Program-made: the position numbers and the translations under genes
DNA from: a virus
Taxonomy: Duplodnaviria; Caudoviricetes
Virus record (IMG/VR): IMGVR_UViG_3300021077_000161
Span: 1 to 57,047 of that record
Strand: one strand, 5' to 3'
DNA length: 57,047 nucleotides
Notes under the pieces: model-generated
Databases searched by the model: none
Seen by the model: the letters and a program-made list of their open reading frames with translations, nothing else
What the model was told of the DNA's origin: nothing
Part shown: piece after piece, positions 17,008 through 26,464 of the stretch
Position numbering within the stretch: the first letter of the stretch is position 1
Layout: each line of letters starts with the position of its first letter

Positions 17008-19329
17008 CTATGGAATCATTTGCGACATGGTACGAATGGTCACGTCTTGATTGACAACATATTCCAAAAACTCGACCAAATCATATTGATTGATTTCTTG
17101 CCCACTGGACGCAGTAGTAACCACGTTGTGAAGATTGAAAATCCCCCAATGCCTACCCGCTTTTATAGCATCGATCCACGCGTGTCGTGAGCCCACTGAA
17201 TTCCCGTTATAAGACAACGCGACGAGCTTTCCCGGAGACACTGGCGGGTACATCTCCCAAAATGCAGCTGTTGATGTGTACATGCCATATGTGGTTCGAC
17301 CGTATAGCCCCGCTGACAAAACAGAGGCCACAGTCGGTCCATCGAATCTACCTTCAGGATAAGCACAGTGTCGAGTGTCCCATCCGCGTGCTGCATGAAA
17401 CGCAACGGACCGAGCCAGCATGGCATCACGGTCAGTAGGAGACATAGCCACCCATCCTGACACATGAGCAGCGTACTCGCCATGAATCGCGGCGTCCCAT
17501 CCATTGGCCACCATTTCATTGACGTGCGCGGTGGTCACAAAACCATCGGTATCGATCACGTCGTTAATCAGAAACGCAGTGGCCGCGATGTTTCGCGACG
17601 CGAAGATAGGGAAGGCTCGCGAATATACGTTTGACAATCCGTCGTCAAGGCAGAACGTGACAACGCCGTTTGGAAATTCTTGCTTTGTATCCCTGGCAAT
17701 CCCGACAAAACCCACCCTTACTTGAGCCTGTGCTACTGGGTTTCCTGAAATCCAAGCGTCGTTCAGGCGGAATCGAATGGCTTTGATCGACGTCCAATCA
17801 ATTGTACCGAAAGCAGCATCATATGTGTTCCGATACAGTGACAGCAAAATCCACGTTCCGTCTGGACCGATCCATCTCTGCGTGGACACATCGTTGGTGT
17901 TTCCGATAGACCAAGACACTCCATTGGTATACGCGGAAGCGTTGGTATCTGATCCGGCATAGACGGTGGCCCACGCAAAGGGCACGGTTCCGTTATTTTT
18001 CAAAGCTGTGGTGTCCGTCACCTTGACAGCTATCACCAGGTGAGAGTTAGAGAGATCCCACGGTTTCCCGGTGTAGGCGGGAGAGTTGATGTACGGAGCA
18101 CCTCCCGTTCCGCTCGAAGTGATTACCGCGCAGTCAGTTCCAGAACCGTAGTGATCGGGATCGTTGAGCGCAATACTAGCTGCCCCTGTGATGCCGCCCG
18201 TGGACCACGTGGATACGGCGGCAGAAGTTGAGCTGAAGCCGCGTTCGATGGGCAACGGCGTCAACACACGCGCTCGGCGGGCCGTAAAATCTGACGTCTG
18301 AAACCTGCGCATCCCCGGAGAGCTAGCAATTCCGTCGATTATCGCTTCCTTAATTGTCGCCCCGCCTGAAGCAATCGCTTGGGCGTTGGTTTTCGTCGCG
18401 TCGTCTAGGTAGCGTCTGTCTGCGCTGTCTGTGATGTCGGAAGTAGTTGCGTCTGCCCCTCCGGTGACGAGTCCTTTTGCGTCGTAGGTGACCTTGGTCT
18501 TGGTGGCCCCGGTGATCGCTGAGTTGGCCGCGACGCCTCCAAGCTGGGAAAGGGTCGGAGCGGACGGGTAAATCATCTGGAGCCAAGACCCGATCTGCGT
18601 TGGGTCGGCGCCAACAATGGTCCATATCGTGCCCGAGTCAGAGCGCGAGCAGAAATCTCCCTTCTGTCCCGTCAATCCGAGCATCGCCACCTGACTTGAG
18701 ACTGATCCAAGATAGTCTTGGATCGCGATGTCTGGCACTTGCGAAGCGGTTAACTTCCCATCGCTCCCAAGAGTAGCAGCTCCGTTTGGAGCCCCAAGCG
18801 CAGCGCTGGCCACTACCCCACCGTGCGCTGCAGTAGTTAGTCCAGCGTGCGTGTCTAGGTGGCCCTGGACGACAGACGCAGCGCCAGCCGCATCGAAATC
18901 AGTAGCCGCGTGAGTTGCAGCCGTACCGAGTGTAGCGATGGCAGCAGCAGCGGCAGCGACCGGGGCGTCTCCTGTCGCCACGGTGCTCGACGTTGTACCT
19001 GTGGGAAGTTGTGCGACAGGAACCTTAATGTCTGTTCCAAGCGAGGCTACGCCACTAGCCGCGCCCTTCTGCGCTGATGGGATGGCAGCGTTGGCCGTGG
19101 ACTGCGCGGACGAAGCAGCTGACGCCGCCGAGCTAGCAGCGTCCCGCGCCGTTTGGTCAATGGCTGCGGAATACGCAAGATCGTTCCATGTCGTGGACCC
19201 GTCTCCTACCTTCCTTTTTTTCGTGTCTGTCTCGTAGCCTTCTTCACCGGCCAGAAGTACCAAGTTTGCTGCTGTCCACTGCGCGGCCGTGCCGCGAGAC
19301 AATCGAATATGTACGGTTTCAATCGACAT
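17008..19329 (-). CDS. Tail fibre/spike with C-terminal polysaccharide deacetylase (NodB/CE4) domain
   Basis: N-terminal RGTAAQWTAANLVLLAGEEGYETDT..KVGDG..W..L fibre module; FCLDDG, HG..H, AYPEG, H motifs; GC-rich. Confidence 0.8.
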   Translation of the reverse strand: MSIETVHIRLSRGTAAQWTAANLVLLAGEEGYETDTKKRKVGDGSTTWNDLAYSAAIDQTARDAASSAASAASSAQSTANAAIPSAQKGAASGVASLGTDIKVPVAQLPTGTTSSTVATGDAPVAAAAAAIATLGTAATHAATDFDAAGAASVVQGHLDTHAGLTTAAHGGVVASAALGAPNGAATLGSDGKLTASQVPDIAIQDYLGSVSSQVAMLGLTGQKGDFCSRSDSGTIWTIVGADPTQIGSWLQMIYPSAPTLSQLGGVAANSAITGATKTKVTYDAKGLVTGGADATTSDITDSADRRYLDDATKTNAQAIASGGATIKEAIIDGIASSPGMRRFQTSDFTARRARVLTPLPIERGFSSTSAAVSTWSTGGITGAASIALNDPDHYGSGTDCAVITSSGTGGAPYINSPAYTGKPWDLSNSHLVIAVKVTDTTALKNNGTVPFAWATVYAGSDTNASAYTNGVSWSIGNTNDVSTQRWIGPDGTWILLSLYRNTYDAAFGTIDWTSIKAIRFRLNDAWISGNPVAQAQVRVGFVGIARDTKQEFPNGVVTFCLDDGLSNVYSRAFPIFASRNIAATAFLINDVIDTDGFVTTAHVNEMVANGWDAAIHGEYAAHVSGWVAMSPTDRDAMLARSVAFHAARGWDTRHCAYPEGRFDGPTVASVLSAGLYGRTTYGMYTSTAAFWEMYPPVSPGKLVALSYNGNSVGSRHAWIDAIKAGRHWGIFNLHNVVTTASSGQEINQYDLVEFLEYVVNQDVTIRTMSQMIP

Positions 19330-19694
19330 TAGAGAGATCCTCCATCAAGGGTGTTGGCTTCGCTGTAGTCCGTTCCAGGTCCACCACCATCAAACACGTC
19401 CGCGCTCACGTAATCGATTCCGGGGCCACCTCCATCCAGGATGCGGCTAAGCCCTTCACTTCCCGCGTCCATGAACGCCATTTTCCCGCCTGCAACCCTG
19501 GTCAATACTTGTCCAGGCGTCGACACCCTTGACCCCGACATGACAACGGTCTCCATGGGAGTAGCCAGCGCCGTCGCAAGCCCGTCTCCTCTAGGCCCCT
19601 GGTTAATTACCACTGTTTTTATTAGAGCTGCCTCTACTTTTACATTAATTGTGTCAGGAGGCTGTATTGCCACATTAAATTCTTTTACGTCCAA
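19329..19694 (-). CDS. Putative tail-fibre-associated virion protein
   Basis: QGPRG and DGGGP repeats; operon with fibre gene. Confidence 0.6.
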   Translation of the reverse strand: MDVKEFNVAIQPPDTINVKVEAALIKTVVINQGPRGDGLATALATPMETVVMSGSRVSTPGQVLTRVAGGKMAFMDAGSEGLSRILDGGGPGIDYVSADVFDGGGPGTDYSEANTLDGGSL

Positions 19695-20050
19695 TGCGTT
19701 ACTCCTGCTTCTACAATTACGTCACCTTTAATGATCTTATAAACCTTAGATTTATCTGAATTACCAATAAGAACATCCCAAGTAGGCAAAGGAGGTTTGG
19801 GAGGCAAGGCAGTAGATGTAGGTTTTAGTAAAGCAGTTTGTTCTAAAGGAATAAATATTTTTAATTGACCAGCAGCAGCGTCTATGATTGTGATTACTGG
19901 AGTGGCCAATACTGTAGCTCCATCGGCTGTTTTTATTTGACTTTCCCCAGTATAATCGAGAAGATTAAATGGGGTTCCGTCCGCTTGCGTTATAGTTATA
20001 GTAGCTTCCCACGTTGCATTATTTTGTATAGTAGGAGAATACGAAGCCAT
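19685..20050 (-). CDS. Putative fibre adaptor (BppU/LtfC-like beta-sandwich)
   Basis: ATW..TIT..DGTPFNL..Y...QIK..G.L.I...T..L..WDV...G pattern; AACAATCT motif upstream. Confidence 0.6.
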   Translation of the reverse strand: MASYSPTIQNNATWEATITITQADGTPFNLLDYTGESQIKTADGATVLATPVITIIDAAAGQLKIFIPLEQTALLKPTSTALPPKPPLPTWDVLIGNSDKSKVYKIIKGDVIVEAGVTHWT

Positions 20051-20099
20051 ATTTTAAAGATTGTTATTGACAAAAGAAAAATAAATGTTAATGTAAAGC

Positions 20100-20381
20100 A
20101 TGTCCGATACAAATCTATATAAATGTCACACCTATGATGGAGGCGGTACCTTAAACTTTGTCGACGTGTGTCAAACTGTATTTACATCTCCAAATGCATT
20201 AGAGATGATGAGCTGGGCCATTTTACGCAATGAGTTTGGCCCTAAGACGGCTCAAAAATTTACGGAAAAGTTTGCCGAGTATTTGACTTCTAGATCAACT
20301 CCTGAATTTATCTTAACCTCTGGATTGATTGCTTTTATTATTAATAGATTGGAAAGAAATGAATACAGCTCAAAAGCTTAA
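20100..20381 (+). CDS. Hypothetical protein, near-leaderless
   Basis: Follows TTGACA (20067) promoter. Confidence 0.55.
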   Translation: MSDTNLYKCHTYDGGGTLNFVDVCQTVFTSPNALEMMSWAILRNEFGPKTAQKFTEKFAEYLTSRSTPEFILTSGLIAFIINRLERNEYSSKA

Positions 20382-20705
20382 CGCAATGGCTAAAAAGACA
20401 ACAGAAGACACTAATTCTAAAACCAAAAGTATATTAAATACTGGACTTCCGAAATCTTGACACAATGCAAAAAAAGAAGCTAAAGACGGAAAATTTAATA
20501 CAAAAATCTTTTTAAGGCAAGATCTACAATCGTTTTGGCTTACTCCCATTTATATCAGTAACGAAGCGGCTCAAAAAGCTGTTTTGAAAATAAAAGAAAA
20601 TCTTGAGAATGATGGGTTCGTTTTTGTTGAAATTAAAGACGGTTTTATGATTCCTTGTATTTTTGAATATATGGCAAGATTTAATATGGCAAGATTTAAA
20701 ATCTC

Positions 20706-21512
20706 TTGGTAAACATGACTGATTTAGAACTTTTTACCCCACCTAAAGATATAACCGTTTTAAACTTACCGTTCCCTAAGGGCAGGCTAATCGCTATAGG
20801 AGACGTTCATGGTTGCTTAGAGGAACTTAACTCACTTTTAGCAAATCTTCAAATAACAAATAATGATACTGTTGTTTTTTTGGGTGATTTAGTAGATCGA
20901 GGGCCAGACCCTGAAGGCGTAGTCCAAAAGATCCTACACCTTGCTAACTATTATAGTTTTTATAACGTATTGGGTAACCATGATGAAAAGCTTCTAAGAT
21001 ACCATTATCATTCACTAAAAAAGCATGTTGACCCAAATTACAAAATTCCTATGAGAGTTAACTCAACTTATAGCCAAATGAGTCAAACAAGTTTAGAGTT
21101 TTTAGCAAAATGCCCTCATGCAATCTTTTTTGATAATAAAGGAACTGAAGAGCTGTATCCAGTAGTTTGCGTTCATGCGGGGCTTGCACCTTCTTTATTT
21201 AAACAAGATCCAAAAGCGTTTATACGTAACAGGTATTTTACTAAAAACGTAAAAGACAACAAGTTAACTCCTGTAAAGTCAATTGAAATTAACGGGGTGT
21301 GGCATGTTCCTGAAAACTCTTACCCATGGAGTCATTTTTGGGATGGTCGCTACACGGTCGTATATGGTCATGCAGTTTATCCTCAACCAGAAATAGTCAA
21401 TAATACAATAGGGTGTGATGGAGGATGCTGTTTTGGAGGCGTATTAAGGGCTTGGGTTAAACCTAGCGGATTAAATTCTTTTTTTGTTGAAATCAAATCA
21501 AATTTAAGGTAA
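20706..21512 (+). CDS. PPP-family metallophosphoesterase (ApaH/PrpE-like)
   Basis: GDVHG, GDLVDRG, GNHD, VHAG, YGH, DGGCCFGG. Confidence 0.9.
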   Translation: MVNMTDLELFTPPKDITVLNLPFPKGRLIAIGDVHGCLEELNSLLANLQITNNDTVVFLGDLVDRGPDPEGVVQKILHLANYYSFYNVLGNHDEKLLRYHYHSLKKHVDPNYKIPMRVNSTYSQMSQTSLEFLAKCPHAIFFDNKGTEELYPVVCVHAGLAPSLFKQDPKAFIRNRYFTKNVKDNKLTPVKSIEINGVWHVPENSYPWSHFWDGRYTVVYGHAVYPQPEIVNNTIGCDGGCCFGGVLRAWVKPSGLNSFFVEIKSNLR

Positions 21513-21788
21513 GGTGTAAGTATGAATAGAAAACAACTAATATATGTGACTTCGGGTATAAACCTGTTTGGTATGCTAACCGTTCTTTTCCTACCAGGTA
21601 TCCTACTATCAGAAAAGTGGGCAATCGTAGCGGTACAGTTTTTTATGCGTTGCGTTTGATGGAATTTTACAAAGAAACCAAACCATAGAAGATCAAGAAA
21701 ACGAAATTAAAAAGCTAAGCAAAGCCCTGGAGGTTTCTACGTGGACGATTTGCGCTCTAAGGCAAACCTCAGCTTTTAAACGCAAAAG

Positions 21789-22073
21789 ATGTTGAGTTTG
21801 GAGAAGAACTTCTTAAAAAGGTCAACCATGAATAATTTGAAACATACCTATGGTAAAAATAGACACCCACCACTTCCAATCATAAAGGGTCATTTTGTTA
21901 GGCCCACTGCCCCAGCTGAATTAAAACCGTCTTTGTGGGAATCAGAAATGTGTCTACACCCAGAACATAAATTTCCAAGCATGATGTATGTTCCTCCAGG
22001 CAAGACTTACGAACATGTCTGCCCTGGATGTGGAACTAAATTTTATTGCAAAGGCAGCTCTATTGTTTGTTGA
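21789..22073 (+). CDS. Small Cys/His zinc-binding protein
   Basis: CLHPEH..HVCPGCG. Confidence 0.55.
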   Translation: MLSLEKNFLKRSTMNNLKHTYGKNRHPPLPIIKGHFVRPTAPAELKPSLWESEMCLHPEHKFPSMMYVPPGKTYEHVCPGCGTKFYCKGSSIVC

Positions 22074-22083
22074 GGCAAAAGCA

Positions 22084-22287
22084 ATGAAAGTTAAAGATCT
22101 AAAAGAAATTCTTTCTACATGCGATGATAACGCGGAAATTGTTGTTTATTCTGACTCAAACAGTCGAGACAATGAAGTCACTGGTTATAGAAAAATCCCG
22201 TTAGGATCTTGCTACTTTGGTGGTTCAGAACCAGATTCTCCATTAGATGAAGACTGTTTGATCTTAGAAATTTTTGTAGAGGCATAA
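22084..22287 (+). CDS. Small hypothetical protein (MKVKDLKEIL type)
   Basis: ATG 22084 after GAGG within ORF 21988-22287. Confidence 0.55.
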   Translation: MKVKDLKEILSTCDDNAEIVVYSDSNSRDNEVTGYRKIPLGSCYFGGSEPDSPLDEDCLILEIFVEA

Positions 22288-22476
22288 ATGTTTCCTATTC
22301 GTTCTTTTAACAAAAAATTAGCCTCAAAACTAAGACGAGACATTTACTTATACGGAGTCTGTTTTGTAGAAATTATAACAATTAACGAAAAGCTTAACTT
22401 AAGACAGGTTACGTACAAACATCCGTCAAAAATGATCTATGACTTAGAAACGCGTCAATTCAAAGCCATAGAATAA
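22288..22476 (+). CDS. Hypothetical protein
   Basis: ORF abutting previous stop. Confidence 0.45.
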   Translation: MFPIRSFNKKLASKLRRDIYLYGVCFVEIITINEKLNLRQVTYKHPSKMIYDLETRQFKAIE

Positions 22477-25091
22477 GACAAAGGTAGTGGGGCAGTTGTT
22501 CCAGCTACCAAAGCACTTAGGTCTATACTCACTGCACTACCGTTTTGTTTTACTGAGACTTTATCTATTCTACTGAACATAGAGCTTTGGGTAAGTTGTG
22601 TTCTTATTGCGTTTACAACGTCTTGGGCGTTAAAGTCAGCCAAACTCAACCCAATTGAAAGAGGCATACCTATAGTTCTGTGTTGGACCAATTCGCCTTT
22701 TTCAATTGACAGTACGGTTTTGACCCACTGTATAATATTAGCTAAACCAACGGCATAACGCAAATCGTCATTGACTAAAATCAAGTCCATATCAGATCCC
22801 AAAAGTAGATCTACCCCACCAATGCTAACCATGGGGTCCATTGCATTTATTCCTGGAATGTCTTTGGTTATGACTGAATCTAAATCTAATGGCTCTATGT
22901 CACTGGGTATCCAAACAAGGTTCCTAGAGCAAATGGTGCCACTCAGGAACGCTTCTAAGACTGCGTTGTCAGCTACCCGGTAACTATCTACCGATGAGTC
23001 CATTTTAAGATATGACACACCGTTTAAAGTTCGTATGCTTTCTACCGTAAACTGAACTCGATTTGCTGCGTTAGATGACAACCAGATCTTCTTACCTACG
23101 AATAAATCATCTGATTGGTTCACAACAACAGTTTTTTCTTTACCGTTGACTAAGATAGGGATAGAATACCCGATTTCATCAATATATGGAGAGCGTAGCC
23201 CGTTTAAAGCTATTATCTCCATATATCTATTTGGATCCTTTAGGTAACTAGAAGCAAGTCCCTCTAAAGTAGCTCCAAAGGGGAATGGAATGGCAAATTT
23301 AGATATTGGTTGTTTCCACGCAATCCCAGAAGAAACAGCTAGTCCACCAAATCTTTCTAAGAAAGTCGGTTGTTCTGCGGGTTCTCCGTCAGCTGTAGCG
23401 GCAAATTGCTGTAAAACAATAACCGATTCATTTAACGCGTTAAGACTATCCCAATCACTTTGGGTAGGGGTTTCTTTAATTGGTGCTATGTTTATTCCAT
23501 AGGTTTCAGCGTAAGTAGGATCTCCAGCTCCTACTAGAAAAGCTATTTTATCGGCTGTGTTTCTAATTGTGTTAGCGTAGTCTTCAAAATCTTTCCTACG
23601 TAGGGTCCTAACTCTAGAAATATCACTTAAAATATCTTTTTTGACATCTTGAGGCAATGAAAGAGCCGAGATCGGTATTTGACTTGCTAAATCATCAGGA
23701 ATGTCTTTTAGCGCCAGTTTATTTGACTTGCCCCCCATAGGAGTTGTCGTTGCCGCTCTATTTGTTCCCTGCCCAGACGTAGTTGTATTCACCCTTCCCG
23801 CCATAGAAGTATCTTGATAATGAGAAGAATTGTCTAATGAGTATTTAACAGCCTTTATGGAAGAATCAGAGGTTTGTCCAGAGGATAACTGGTTCCATAA
23901 TTGAGAACTATTGTTTTTTAGATCTAAAACGTTTATTGTTACTCTGTCTTTTACGGCTTGAGGGATATCTGACAAAGACATCGACGCACCAAGCAAATCC
24001 TTACCCAAAAGAATGGTGTCGTGGAATGGTTTGAACAAATAATCAACATCCCCCAACACTGCTTGCTTCAACGTCCCAATTTTTTGTACTGCCTGCCTAG
24101 CCGCCGTTAATGTATTTATAGCTCTTGCAATTAAATTAGGACTGTGCCTAATAGGGGTAACTACAACATCATCTAAATTACCTGCTTCTAAACTTATTCT
24201 TTTCCAAGCTTTAAAATCTAGCGAATATTTGTATTCTAAAGGAGAAGAAACATCTTTAGATACAACAAATGAGGCTGGACTGACTAAAAATACTTGGCTC
24301 TCTTTCCAAATAGCAACGGCCAATCTAAGGCCTTTAGCTTCATCGTCGTTTAACTTCTTCTTTGCTACATAAGATTCTAAAAAATCTCTCAACAAAGCTA
24401 TTTGTTTGAATCCAGTTGTTTGAGCTAGATTTTTATCATAGTTAGGTAGGTCTGTATTAAACTCAGCTTCTTGATGAACGTTATAGGCCTTAGGAGCGTT
24501 GTTTAAAGCAGACCCAATGGCTTTTTGAGCACTGCTATAGGCAGATCTAGCCGTGTTTACAGTACCGGCAAATATAGATACAGCTTGATCTTCTAATTTG
24601 CTTAAAGCCCCTGTTCCAGACCTAGAAGCTCCAGAAGATCGATATGGTAAAAATCCTGTAGTACCATGGAAAGAAATGTACCTTATAGGCGCTGCATTAT
24701 GTTCTTCAACTATGCCACCAAGCGTTACAGTCGTCTGAACAGCAAAAGGAGTTGAAATAGACATTGACTCAGGGGGTAGCGGTAAAGTATACTTCCAGTC
24801 TTTGTATTGCTTGTAATAAACAGCTCCCGTATCGCTTTTGTTCGTATTGACTACAAGAAGTTCGTAGGGGCAATACTTATCCCATTTTTTTATATCTAGA
24901 TTAGGTCTAAGCCAAAACCCGTCTTCTACATAGCTTTTTTGTTCGTTTAAAGCCGCTTGGGTTAAGTTCTGCTCAATACTAATAGGTCCCTGAATAGGCA
25001 GGTCACCTTCATTTGTTTCAGGTTCTTGGGACAGAGCAGACGCAGACGCAGCTTGAAAATTAACCACACCAGCTGTGTTAAAAATACCCAC
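22455..25091 (-). CDS. Baseplate protein: tube-initiator-like N-terminus, LysM, gp25-like wedge C-terminus
   Basis: LPLPPESMSISTP..TLGG; TLEGLASSYLKDPNRYMEIIALNGLRSPY (LysM); VGLANIIQ..LSIEKGELVQH..IG (gp25-like). Confidence 0.7.
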   Translation of the reverse strand: MGIFNTAGVVNFQAASASALSQEPETNEGDLPIQGPISIEQNLTQAALNEQKSYVEDGFWLRPNLDIKKWDKYCPYELLVVNTNKSDTGAVYYKQYKDWKYTLPLPPESMSISTPFAVQTTVTLGGIVEEHNAAPIRYISFHGTTGFLPYRSSGASRSGTGALSKLEDQAVSIFAGTVNTARSAYSSAQKAIGSALNNAPKAYNVHQEAEFNTDLPNYDKNLAQTTGFKQIALLRDFLESYVAKKKLNDDEAKGLRLAVAIWKESQVFLVSPASFVVSKDVSSPLEYKYSLDFKAWKRISLEAGNLDDVVVTPIRHSPNLIARAINTLTAARQAVQKIGTLKQAVLGDVDYLFKPFHDTILLGKDLLGASMSLSDIPQAVKDRVTINVLDLKNNSSQLWNQLSSGQTSDSSIKAVKYSLDNSSHYQDTSMAGRVNTTTSGQGTNRAATTTPMGGKSNKLALKDIPDDLASQIPISALSLPQDVKKDILSDISRVRTLRRKDFEDYANTIRNTADKIAFLVGAGDPTYAETYGINIAPIKETPTQSDWDSLNALNESVIVLQQFAATADGEPAEQPTFLERFGGLAVSSGIAWKQPISKFAIPFPFGATLEGLASSYLKDPNRYMEIIALNGLRSPYIDEIGYSIPILVNGKEKTVVVNQSDDLFVGKKIWLSSNAANRVQFTVESIRTLNGVSYLKMDSSVDSYRVADNAVLEAFLSGTICSRNLVWIPSDIEPLDLDSVITKDIPGINAMDPMVSIGGVDLLLGSDMDLILVNDDLRYAVGLANIIQWVKTVLSIEKGELVQHRTIGMPLSIGLSLADFNAQDVVNAIRTQLTQSSMFSRIDKVSVKQNGSAVSIDLSALVAGTTAPLPLSYSMALN

Positions 25092-25520
25092 TTATTTAAC
25101 TTGTAGAGTTACGGTTTCTTTAGTAGTTTCTTCGGTCTTTTTGGTGACTTCAATTTCATCAGGATCGTCTAGAAACTTATCTTTAACTCCAATTGCACTT
25201 GAAAGTCTTTTAATAATAGCATGGTAAACGGCTAAACTAATACCACTTGCAATAATGCCTATGATCAATCTGTCAAAGTATCTAGTTCCAACCAAATAAG
25301 TTTTAGGAATAGCAGCAAGGAAGCCTCCTATTAGATAAGAAAGAGTGAACCAACCGTGGGTACTAGACTTACTATAAAAAGTAGGAGAAAATTGACTCGT
25401 TGCTCTCTTAAGTGTCAAGATTAAAATAGCTAGACACAGACAACAGGAAATAAACGACCAATTGTAAAGAGGTGCCCACATACTTGGATGAATTTTGTCT
25501 ATAATATTTTGAGTTTCCAT
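25092..25520 (-). CDS. Three-TM membrane protein, possible holin
   Basis: Three hydrophobic helices, charged C-terminus; late operon. Confidence 0.5.
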   Translation of the reverse strand: METQNIIDKIHPSMWAPLYNWSFISCCLCLAILILTLKRATSQFSPTFYSKSSTHGWFTLSYLIGGFLAAIPKTYLVGTRYFDRLIIGIIASGISLAVYHAIIKRLSSAIGVKDKFLDDPDEIEVTKKTEETTKETVTLQVK

Positions 25521-25542
25521 TTGTATCTCCTAGTTAAGATTA

Positions 25543-26346
25543 CTATTCTTTTATGTTTCTTTGGTAAATTAAAGGCGGGTTAGAACCTGAAAACATCACT
25601 TGAAAATAACGCCCCGTATCAACAAAATCATTAGCGTTTAAATACTGGGTGTCTAAAAGCGGCACTCCATTTGTTTTAGGAGCCCTAGTTCTGTGTTCTA
25701 ACCCACCTCCAGAATGACCATACATGACCACATCTGCTGTTTCGTCTACAACCTCAAACAAATCATTTGCGTCCTGTAACTCCATTACCTTGTTTTCAGG
25801 AAACGACAAGGGGAACGGCCTATGATGACAATAAACCAATTTAGGTAGGTCCATATTGGTAGATTTGTTAAAAACCTCTCTAACTTTGTCTAGCTGATCT
25901 TCTCCAATCATTCCACAAGCAAAATCAAAGTTTTTGTATGTCAAAAGGCAGCTGTTCAACCCCATAGTCAAAACCTTTGTGTCTTTGTATTCTAATAGAA
26001 TTTCTACGGGGTTTTTAGTTGTATAGTCAACATTATTAATAGTAAAAGGCTGAAAATATTTCTTCCAGTAATTGATAGAATCAGGGCTGTACAAATTGCC
26101 TAAGATTCCACAGTCATGATTCCCTAAGGATAGTAGTAATTTGTGGGAAAAAGGGGCTAGTATCTTTTGGGCCTTTTGATACTGAAACTCTAACGCGCTG
26201 TCTACAATATCTCCAGTAACCGCTAAATAGACGCCTTGAGCGTTGTTAAAGTGCCTGTTGTAAATTTTGGTTAATAATTGAGATACAGTTTTATCACTAT
26301 CATTGCCTTTTATATGAGTATCTGAGATATGTATTATTTGTATCAT
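25543..26346 (-). CDS. Calcineurin-like metallophosphoesterase (CpdA-like)
   Basis: HISDTH, TGD, GNHD, HHRP, GH motifs. Confidence 0.85.
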   Translation of the reverse strand: MIQIIHISDTHIKGNDSDKTVSQLLTKIYNRHFNNAQGVYLAVTGDIVDSALEFQYQKAQKILAPFSHKLLLSLGNHDCGILGNLYSPDSINYWKKYFQPFTINNVDYTTKNPVEILLEYKDTKVLTMGLNSCLLTYKNFDFACGMIGEDQLDKVREVFNKSTNMDLPKLVYCHHRPFPLSFPENKVMELQDANDLFEVVDETADVVMYGHSGGGLEHRTRAPKTNGVPLLDTQYLNANDFVDTGRYFQVMFSGSNPPLIYQRNIKE

Positions 26347-26464
26347 TTGTTCTTCTTACAAAATTGGGTTGTTGGTGGTCGCTTAATAGGATTCCCCGCG
26401 ACCACCCACACGAAAACGGCCAGGGCGGCGAGGGCTAGGATGGTTGCGGGGACGGTTGGCATGG

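Noticed and set aside
17163-19731. Many overlapping short ORFs in the fibre gene region
   Set aside because: Expected from high GC; no RBS or recognisable motifs
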